22,544 nucleotides of DNA. Origin: Candidatus Heimdallarchaeota archaeon (lineage in GTDB: Archaea; Asgardarchaeota; Heimdallarchaeia; Heimdallarchaeales; Kariarchaeaceae). Numbering within the stretch: the first letter of the stretch is position 1; the number at the start of each line of letters is the position of its first letter. The position numbers and the translations under genes are program-made. The stretch covers positions 1 to 22,544 of the forward strand of contig WAKA01000134.1 of NCBI GenBank assembly GCA_015523565.1. Direction: 5' to 3'. Positions 9,094-16,012 of this stretch are shown one piece after another. Below the pieces are notes generated by a model that was not told where the DNA came from, made no database searches, and saw only the letters and a list, made by a program, of their open reading frames with translations.

Positions 9094-9753
9094 TCATACA
9101 TTATTCAATTTCCAATCATAGGGTTTGTACTTGATCCTCAAATCGTCAATATTGGGGATATCACGCCTATATCGTTTTATGAATTGTTTTATCCCATATT
9201 CCCCTTGAAAATCCTTCTTGTACATCTTAAAAATTTGACTTACCTCCAGTGTTCCCTTTTCCAAATCAATTGTCACCTCGCTCGAATTTATGAACTCTGA
9301 TGTGAGATGCTCCAGATAATCTTCCAGATTCTCCTCAGTAAAAAGATCTGGGGGAAGAATTGGACAGCCAACGCTTCCACAATTAATGGCAAAGTGAATA
9401 CGCGGGTCCTTAAACTCTTTCCGTAATATCTTGTTTTCTAAACTCAATAAACTGACTTTTTGCCCTGCCACTTTGTGTTTCTCTATCACAAAGAACTTCA
9501 GTTTCCTAAAAAAGGACGTATTGCCATTCCAATTGGGGTCTTTCTTCAACTTCCCAAGAACTGATTTGAGCACCAACAGGTTATAGGCATTCAGCCAAAA
9601 CGCAAACTTTTCCTTATTTGAGTATCCGGAAATATCCTCTTCCTCAATCTGACGGATTAGGTTCCTAACCTCCTCATCTTGTTCCAGTTTTCCATAATCA
9701 ACCCTTCCATTTTTAATGTACGGTTTCAATATGGGCTTTTGATTCAATTGCAC
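9094..9753 (-). CDS. DUF547 domain-containing protein
   Basis: Signature motifs VDY, AFWLNAYN, DPRIHFAINCGSVGCP, SQIF, YDWKLN. Confidence 0.9.
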   Translation of the reverse strand: MQLNQKPILKPYIKNGRVDYGKLEQDEEVRNLIRQIEEEDISGYSNKEKFAFWLNAYNLLVLKSVLGKLKKDPNWNGNTSFFRKLKFFVIEKHKVAGQKVSLLSLENKILRKEFKDPRIHFAINCGSVGCPILPPDLFTEENLEDYLEHLTSEFINSSEVTIDLEKGTLEVSQIFKMYKKDFQGEYGIKQFIKRYRRDIPNIDDLRIKYKPYDWKLNNV

Positions 9754-9812
9754 ATTCCATATTCTGATTCCATAAATAAAAATATATTATTGCAAAAAAT
9801 GAACTTATTTGC

Positions 9813-10451
9813 TCAGTCCCTCTTTTTCCTTTTAATTAAAATTCCCCCCAATATTGGAACTAAAAACAATGATGATTTTTGGCTGGTCGTATTTGTATCT
9901 GGGGGTGTCAATACTCCTGTGCCTGATCGTACCTCCCCTTTGTAAAAAACAGAAAAGTAGACTTTGCTGTAATTATAATGGTGAGTGCATAATAATGAAG
10001 TGGTCAATGTTTGACAAGATTCCTCATATACGCTTTCATTCTTTACATTATCTGGAATTCTTGGAAAATAAGTTGGGACCTTAACTCTTGTTGTAACATT
10101 ATTCTCATCAATTGCAACCAGTGTAAAATTCCCATAATAGATTTTGGTCAAATTGGGATTCGTTGAAACTCCAAAGGTCGCGTCATATGAATACGGGGTA
10201 AAAAACTTTTCATGGGCTTTTGCAGTATAATTCCCACGTCTAGGAATCTGTCCATAAAAAAATCCTGGATTAAAACTGAAATTGAACTCAAAATAAAAAG
10301 TGATTTCCCCTTTGATATCCAACTTAATTTCTGCACTTGTCAATCTTCCTGACAAAAACATGGATTGTGGTGTCTGAGAAATTACACTTGGATAATGGAT
10401 TGTCAATACTATCAAAGTAAGGAAAATCCAACCTTCTTTGCAACTTTTCAT
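9813..10451 (-). CDS. Hypothetical exported protein with C-terminal hydrophobic anchor and basic tail
   Basis: Signal-peptide-like N-terminus; AGGTGA SD just upstream of the ATG; Tyr/Phe/Asn-rich body; ends in TTSQKSSLFLVPILGGILIKRKKRD. Confidence 0.7.
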   Translation of the reverse strand: MKSCKEGWIFLTLIVLTIHYPSVISQTPQSMFLSGRLTSAEIKLDIKGEITFYFEFNFSFNPGFFYGQIPRRGNYTAKAHEKFFTPYSYDATFGVSTNPNLTKIYYGNFTLVAIDENNVTTRVKVPTYFPRIPDNVKNESVYEESCQTLTTSLLCTHHYNYSKVYFSVFYKGEVRSGTGVLTPPDTNTTSQKSSLFLVPILGGILIKRKKRD

Positions 10452-10500
10452 GATTCACCTGTTTTTTACAGTAATATATATATATTGTTTGCAAGGATAC

Positions 10501-10968
10501 ATGCAAAAAAAATCCTTATTTTTGCTAATGATCATTTTTGTTGGAATGATTACAGTTTCTTCGGTACATGCAGAAACTGTAATCGATATCAATATGGGAT
10601 ATCGAAACTTAGCATATCATGAAGCATTATATGAAGCTGGACAATGTGCTAATGATAATGGCAATCCCACAGGAATTGATGAAATCAGCGATTCAGCAGG
10701 TAATCGATTTGAGTTTAAATGCATTGCTACAGATGTGCGTTATCGGGTTTTTTATGACTACATCAATGATATTGTTGATAGCGATGCAACACTTATCGAA
10801 CAAGTGGGTGAACTAATAATATATTCTGTAACTGACTCTGCTTTAACGATTACTGTAGCTATATTGCTTGGTTTTGGTGCAATAATTGGTGCTAGTTCTC
10901 CAAATGGTGCACCCACCTGTTTTCTGGGAATGCCTGATTTGGTTTTGGGACATATGTACCTCTGCTAA
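10501..10968 (+). CDS. Hypothetical secreted protein (155 aa, four Cys, hydrophobic C-terminal segment)
   Basis: From ATG 10501 there is a classical signal peptide MQKKSLFLLMIIFVGMITVSSVHA. The track's longer start at 10438 would overlap the divergent gene. Confidence 0.7.
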   Translation: MQKKSLFLLMIIFVGMITVSSVHAETVIDINMGYRNLAYHEALYEAGQCANDNGNPTGIDEISDSAGNRFEFKCIATDVRYRVFYDYINDIVDSDATLIEQVGELIIYSVTDSALTITVAILLGFGAIIGASSPNGAPTCFLGMPDLVLGHMYLC

Positions 10969-11019
10969 AAAATAACTAATTCTTTTTTCCAAAAATCTCA
11001 TGAATTTTCTATCACGTAG

Positions 11020-11039
11020 ATTTTATCTGTAGATAAAAT
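11020..11039. promoter_or_regulatory. Palindromic candidate operator ATTTTATCT-gt-AGATAAAAT
   Basis: Perfect 9-bp arms with a 2-nt spacer, immediately upstream of the small membrane protein gene and ypdA. Confidence 0.45.
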
Positions 11040-11055
11040 TATATTGGTTTTTGTG

Positions 11056-11283
11056 ATGAATTATATTATGGCTAGCAATGATCTTGCCTCACAGCACTTG
11101 ATGGAGATTGAGGAAAAAAAGAAGCAACAGCAACGTTTTGCAAGGGTGATTGGTCTTTTCCTTTTGATTTTTGGTGTCTTGTCCTTCTCTTTCAATCCCC
11201 CGCTCTCAATTTTTCTCATGGTCGTCTCTTTTCTTGTTATCCTTGTTCCAAATGTCACAACTGTTTTCAATATACTCATTTGA
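11056..11283 (+). CDS. Small hypothetical membrane protein (two TM helices)
   Basis: Charged N-terminus EIEEKKKQQQR followed by a helical hairpin (VIGLFLLIFGVLSF / LSIFLMVVSFLVILVP). Start uncertain (11044, 11056 or 11068). Confidence 0.6.
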   Translation: MNYIMASNDLASQHLMEIEEKKKQQQRFARVIGLFLLIFGVLSFSFNPPLSIFLMVVSFLVILVPNVTTVFNILI

Positions 11284-11331
11284 AAATATCTCTATCTCAT
11301 AAATTTTATTCTTCATACCATAACTCAAATC

Positions 11332-12378
11332 ATGGACAAGATTGATGTTGCAATTATTGGTGCTGGACCTGTAGGTCTTGCCGCTGCTATTGCCGCAAAA
11401 AGAAAGGGTTTATCATACATGGTGCTGGAGAAAGGAGTTATCGCAAATTCAATATTTCACTTTCCAACAAACATGGTTTTCTTTACAACAGCAGAGTTGC
11501 TGGAAATTGGTGGTCATCCCTTTCCATCAACATTAAGAAAACCGACGAGACAGATGGCTCTGGATTATTATCGGTTGATTGTAAAAAATGAAGGATTAAA
11601 TGTAAGGCTTTACCATGAAGTTCAATCAATCGAGGGGAAGGAAGGTGATTATGTCATTTCTGGTGTTTATTCAAAACATGGGCAGAGACATCCATTTGCT
11701 ATCACGGCTTCTTATGTAGTCATTGCAACTGGGTACTTTGACAATCCTGTTGGGTTGGGTGGCATACCTGGTGAATTCGGTTCCAATGTTAGTCATTACT
11801 ATAAAGATCCTCATCCCTATTTTGGCATGGATGTTGTAGTGATCGGAGCAGGAAACTCTGGTGCAGAGGCTTCCCTTGAACTCTATAGATGCGGCGCACA
11901 TGTAACTTTGATTCATAACCATCCCACTCCTCGTAAAACAATTAAATATTGGGTACTCCCAGACCTAATGAATAGAATCTCTGAAGGATCGATAAAATCG
12001 ATAATGCCTGCTGTTGTTAAATCTATTGATTTGGAAGGTGTTGTTGTTGAATATAATGATTCTATCGTTCGAGTTCCTGCTGACCATGTGTTCATATTGA
12101 CTGGCTTTCGCCCAGACACTACCTTTCTCTCTGCTGTTGGTGTTGAGCTTGATTCAAATGGGGTTGCCACCTTATCCGACAATTTTGAAAGTAATAGGGC
12201 TGGTCTTTTCCTTGTGGGTTCTGTAGGGTTTGGAAAGTTTACAAATTCTGTTTTTATTGAAAATGGGCGGATTCATGCAACAGTTGAAATCGATGAGATC
12301 TCTCGTCGACTCTCTGACCCTAATTATGTCCCCAAATGGCGTCCTCTTTCTCGGTCTGATGTTGCTGTAAATCATTAA
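11332..12378 (+). CDS. ypdA: YpdA/Bdr-family FAD-dependent disulfide reductase (putative bacillithiol disulfide reductase)
   Basis: GAGPVG FAD motif; LEKG...FPTNMVFFTTAELLEIG; KPTR..AL.YY; ATGYFDNP; VSHYYKDPHPY; GAGNSG; IKYWVLPD; TGFRPD; VFIENGRIHA. No TrxR CxxC. Confidence 0.88.
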   Translation: MDKIDVAIIGAGPVGLAAAIAAKRKGLSYMVLEKGVIANSIFHFPTNMVFFTTAELLEIGGHPFPSTLRKPTRQMALDYYRLIVKNEGLNVRLYHEVQSIEGKEGDYVISGVYSKHGQRHPFAITASYVVIATGYFDNPVGLGGIPGEFGSNVSHYYKDPHPYFGMDVVVIGAGNSGAEASLELYRCGAHVTLIHNHPTPRKTIKYWVLPDLMNRISEGSIKSIMPAVVKSIDLEGVVVEYNDSIVRVPADHVFILTGFRPDTTFLSAVGVELDSNGVATLSDNFESNRAGLFLVGSVGFGKFTNSVFIENGRIHATVEIDEISRRLSDPNYVPKWRPLSRSDVAVNH

Positions 12379-12393
12379 GCTTTTGCAGTATCG

Positions 12394-12706
12394 TATTTTT
12401 CGATATTCTCGTTTTTTTTTCTTTTGTTTTTATTCCTTTTATACTATTTATCTTCCCTATGTTTATTTTTCGATAATATCGATATTATCAAAAAAACGTT
12501 TCCATTGATTGTCTTCTTAATTGTTCATCGATTAATCATCGATGGGTTTTCGATGATGTCCTGTTGTAATCTGTGTGTCTTTTGTTTCTTGTGCCTTTAT
12601 TTCTTTTAACCTATTCGCTCTATCGGTTGTCTTTATCGATATTTTCGATTATTTCTGTGGATAGTTTTTTCACGAAATCTTTCATTGGGTATGTTTTTTC
12701 GATATT
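12394..12706. repeat. Dispersed TTTTCGAT repeats and nested palindromes in the convergent spacer after ypdA
   Basis: TATTTTTCGATA at 12394 and 12464; further TTTTCGAT at 12547, 12642 and 12696; perfect 18-bp palindrome GATAATATCGATATTATC at 12472-12489; CATCGAT-taatc-ATCGATG at 12526-12544. Confidence 0.55.
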
Positions 12707-12985
12707 TGCTGATACAACTGTTCCTCTCTTGATAATTCCTGAAAGCATTGTGGCCATTGCAATTGCCTGCTCTGGGTTTTTTCCTTGAAAAAGAATCATT
12801 GGTGGGTCTGGGTAGGTTGAATACGGTTTCATCACCATTGATCCAATTGATGGCTTCTTGTCGTATGCATAAACAACTACAACGTGCCCAAACAATAAGC
12901 AAGTTGCTTTTATGGAATATTCGTCGTTTATATTGTATCGGAAATTTACTGTTTTGGGAAAATCGTCTATTTCTTTATTCTCCAA
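12620..12985 (-). CDS. Hypothetical protein resembling proteasome assembly chaperone PAC4-like family
   Basis: 121 aa; beta-strands then PSIGSMV, LFQG, a helix (AIAMATMLSGIIKR), VVSANI and a C-terminal helix, which resembles the PAC3/PAC4-like layout as recalled. TTG start with GGTGGA SD; overlaps the upstream gene. Confidence 0.45.
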   Translation of the reverse strand: MENKEIDDFPKTVNFRYNINDEYSIKATCLLFGHVVVVYAYDKKPSIGSMVMKPYSTYPDPPMILFQGKNPEQAIAMATMLSGIIKRGTVVSANIEKTYPMKDFVKKLSTEIIENIDKDNR

Positions 12986-13191
12986 TAAAATCCACCTTTC
13001 TTTGCAGTTCTTTCAATTATCCCCTTTTTCATTAATTTCATCCCTGTTCTTATGAGATATGTTCCTGATTTGCATCCCTTACACAATTCAGGAAACTGAT
13101 CCATTGACTCGATAAGTTCGGTTGTGCTTATCTCTCTCCCTTTGGATTTAAGAATCATCAGAACACACTTCTCATTATCGCTTAACTCCAC
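12967..13191 (-). CDS. Small winged-helix protein with CxxC motif
   Basis: LSDNEKCVLMIL (helix 1), ISTTELIE (helix 2), CKGC, recognition helix then KLMKKGIIER...GGFYWRI wing. Confidence 0.65.
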   Translation of the reverse strand: MELSDNEKCVLMILKSKGREISTTELIESMDQFPELCKGCKSGTYLIRTGMKLMKKGIIERTAKKGGFYWRIKK

Positions 13192-13323
13192 ATGTTTACT
13201 TCAGTGCTCGTAATCAAAAGGAACGCGTTTGGTTTTTGACTAGTTGGAAATTTTCCGAAATGATAAAAATCACTCGAAGAAGTTAAAAGGATATTTTTAT
13301 TATGTCAACTAGAGGAACATTAG

Positions 13324-13545
13324 ATGATTAGGGCATACGTATTTATTACAACATCCGATGAAGACCAAACGATGGAAAAAGTCCGCCAAATGCCTGGCGT
13401 AAAGGAGGCGCATATTGTTTATGGGACATACAATATCCTGCTCATTGTAGAGGCTGAAAACTCTTCAGAATTAAAAAACCTGATTACCAAGGCCATTCGT
13501 CATATTGATGGAATTGTCAATACCATGACAACTATTGCCTTATAA
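13324..13545 (+). CDS. Stand-alone Lrp/AsnC ligand-binding (RAM) domain protein
   Basis: RAYVFI...PGVKEAHIVYGTYNILLIVEA...IRHIDGIVNTMT; no HTH. Confidence 0.9.
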   Translation: MIRAYVFITTSDEDQTMEKVRQMPGVKEAHIVYGTYNILLIVEAENSSELKNLITKAIRHIDGIVNTMTTIAL

Positions 13546-14248
13546 TTTCTGCTGTTTCATAGTCCACATAAAATTTGGTCTTTGTGTCAGGCATAAGCAT
13601 GATGGGATGTTTATATGGATCTATGACTCCATGTGCTTCTCTAAATGCCTTTGCCTTTTCCTTGCCTGTAAATATGACCAAATTTTCTTTTCCATTTTGT
13701 ATGGGGGTCGGTGTCATGCTTATTCTATAACTGGCTAGTTGCTCGACATAATATGCCTCAACCATTCGATTGCTGTTGAAATCAAAGCTGTTTGGGAAAA
13801 GGGATGCGGTATGGGTATCCTCGCCCATTCCAAAAATGCCTATATCAAAGCTTTGCCTGTTCAATCTATTCATCAGGTCTGTGGTGATATTGTTATATTG
13901 TGTTGCAGAAAGTTTTGCAGTTTTCTCATATGGGACATGGTTAAAATTTTTCAAGTTAGGAAGCTTTTCCATGATCATTCTGGCATTGGAATCTTCATGG
14001 TCCAGAGGAACCCACCGTTCATCGATTTGAATGGCATAAACCTTGTCCCAATCAATCCTTGTTTCAGAATTAAGCAATTCATAGAGCAATTGCGGTGTTT
14101 TTCCACCTGACAATGCCAAAAGGCAATTGGATCTTTCCTTGATTGTTTTGGTGATTTTATATGTAAGTATCTCTTTTAAAAAAAAGGAAATGGCTTCTAG
14201 GTCGTTAAGGGCAATAAACCTATAATTCCCGACCCTAAAGTTTTTCAT
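13532..14248 (-). CDS. pgl: 6-phosphogluconolactonase (DevB/Pgl type)
   Basis: LALSGGKTP, DERWVPLDHEDSN, GMGEDTHTASLFP, RISMT, G.EKA. AAGGAG SD before ATG 14248; adjacent to zwf. Confidence 0.93.
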   Translation of the reverse strand: MKNFRVGNYRFIALNDLEAISFFLKEILTYKITKTIKERSNCLLALSGGKTPQLLYELLNSETRIDWDKVYAIQIDERWVPLDHEDSNARMIMEKLPNLKNFNHVPYEKTAKLSATQYNNITTDLMNRLNRQSFDIGIFGMGEDTHTASLFPNSFDFNSNRMVEAYYVEQLASYRISMTPTPIQNGKENLVIFTGKEKAKAFREAHGVIDPYKHPIMLMPDTKTKFYVDYETAEIIRQ

Positions 14249-14399
14249 TAACTCCTTGCTACGGTTATATAATATCAAGCTTTTCCTTTTGCATTGCTTT
14301 AGTGTGTGTCGAATGGTATATTTGTCTTCATTTTGCTTTTTTTTTTGGCGAGGTAGAAAATTTTCAATATAGGTAAATTATTGGCGACTTGAAAACGTC

Positions 14400-15932
14400 T
14401 TGACAGAAGAAATTGATACTCCTGGTGTTCCCGACGGTACTGTCTTGGTCATATTCGGTGCCTCTGGTGATTTATCGCGTAGAAAATTGATGCCGGCACT
14501 ATATCATCTCTCCCGAGAGGGGCTCCTGCCACCCTGTTTGAAAATCATTGGACTTGGTCGGAGAATACAAGAAACAGAGGAATTTCGCCTCAAAATGAAA
14601 CATAGGGTGATTCAATATTGCTCACATAAAATGGAAGATCGCTTTTGGGGTCCAATTTCCAATTCCCTGTTTTCTATGAAAGCAGATTATTCTCAAGATT
14701 CAACCTTTGTTCTACTGAAACAAATAATTGAGGAAACTGAACGGCAATGGGGAAAGAAAGCAAACAAGTTGTTTTATTTTGCAACTTCCCCCAGCCATTT
14801 TGAGTTATTGGCGGAAAAGATTGCTGAATTTGGCATGAATGAGGAAACTAAAGAGACTTGGAGTCGGATTATTGTGGAAAAGCCTTTTGGACTCGACCTA
14901 AAAAGTGCAGATAGGCTCAATGCTTTGCTTAACAAGTATTATGATGAGGAACAGATCTTCAGGATTGATCACTTTTTGGGCAAGGAGGCGGTCCAAAATA
15001 TCTTGATCTTCCGAATGTCAAATATTCTTTTCCAGCCGTTATGGAACCGTGAATATATTGATCATATTCAAATCACCATTGCAGAGACCGTTGGGGTTGA
15101 GGGGCGAGTTGACTTTTTTGAACAGACTGGCGCTATAAGGGACATGATACAAAGTCATGCATTGCAGATACTTGCCTTTTTGACAATGGAACATCCCAGT
15201 TCTTTGGATCCTGAAGAGATACGCGATGAGAAAGTCAGGCTCTTTCGGGCAATAAGGCGTATCAAATCCGAGGATGTCCCCAAAATTTCCGTGCGTGGAC
15301 AGTATTCCGAGGGTGTTGTGAATTTTGAACTAGTTCCTGGTTATCTTGAGGAACCTGGTGTTTCAAAAGATTCAAAAGTTGAAACATATGCCGCGTTGAA
15401 ACTTTTCATTGACAATTTCCGATGGCGGGGTGTACCTATATATATTCGAACTGGTAAACGGATGGCGGCTAGGAAAACAGAGATATTCATTCAATTGAAA
15501 CAAGTTAAGGATGAAGCTATGCCCATGTTGCTTCAAAAGCAGAAGCCTATCCCGAACACAATCAGGATGGAGATCCAACCACGTGCTGGGATAGAAATAC
15601 AAATGGGCTGGAAACCACCTGGGCTTTTAACTGAAGTCGAACCCACTTCATTGACTATTGGCGGTAAAGCAATGCTGAAAGAACCAAAAGCATATGAGCG
15701 TTTATTGCTTGATGCAATGAGGGGTGATTCCACTCTTTTCATCAGGTATGATGAGATCAGGGAGATGTGGAAAATCGTTGATCCCATTATTAAGACATGG
15801 GAGAGGGAAAACAAAGAACTAAAGGAGAACAATATCCCCTTACCTAAATATCCTGCGGGTACTCAGGGTCCGAAAGTTGCAAAAGAGTTCATTCAAAAAG
15901 ACCATCGGAAATGGACAATCATTGAAAATTGA
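14400..15932 (+). CDS. zwf: Glucose-6-phosphate 1-dehydrogenase (canonical bacterial/eukaryotic type)
   Basis: IFGASGDL, GRR (NADP-type Arg), EKPFG, RIDHFLGKE, RDMIQSH, RGQY, RWRGVP..RTGK, AYERLL, YPAGTQGP. Confidence 0.97.
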   Translation: MTEEIDTPGVPDGTVLVIFGASGDLSRRKLMPALYHLSREGLLPPCLKIIGLGRRIQETEEFRLKMKHRVIQYCSHKMEDRFWGPISNSLFSMKADYSQDSTFVLLKQIIEETERQWGKKANKLFYFATSPSHFELLAEKIAEFGMNEETKETWSRIIVEKPFGLDLKSADRLNALLNKYYDEEQIFRIDHFLGKEAVQNILIFRMSNILFQPLWNREYIDHIQITIAETVGVEGRVDFFEQTGAIRDMIQSHALQILAFLTMEHPSSLDPEEIRDEKVRLFRAIRRIKSEDVPKISVRGQYSEGVVNFELVPGYLEEPGVSKDSKVETYAALKLFIDNFRWRGVPIYIRTGKRMAARKTEIFIQLKQVKDEAMPMLLQKQKPIPNTIRMEIQPRAGIEIQMGWKPPGLLTEVEPTSLTIGGKAMLKEPKAYERLLLDAMRGDSTLFIRYDEIREMWKIVDPIIKTWERENKELKENNIPLPKYPAGTQGPKVAKEFIQKDHRKWTIIEN

Positions 15933-16012
15933 CCGTGGAAATAAGATTTTCCAATTTGGCGCCCATCGTACAGTTCTTTAGAAAATTATTTGATTTTGAT
16001 TTGTTTCTTCAG

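Noticed and set aside
12394-12706. Possible CRISPR array or archaeal ORB origin
   Set aside because: Repeats are only 8-12 bp with irregular spacing (70, 80, 95, 54); no ORB consensus or G-string; no cas or cdc6 nearby.
12424-12788. Hydrophobic 61-aa and 71-aa + strand ORFs
   Set aside because: Their Phe/Leu richness follows from the T-rich spacer or from being antisense to a real gene; no SD or family motif.
13240-13312. CTAGTTG/CAACTAG inverted pair and GGAAA-t-TTTCC in the wHTH/Lrp divergent spacer
   Set aside because: Arms of 5-7 bp are too short to distinguish from chance without comparative data.
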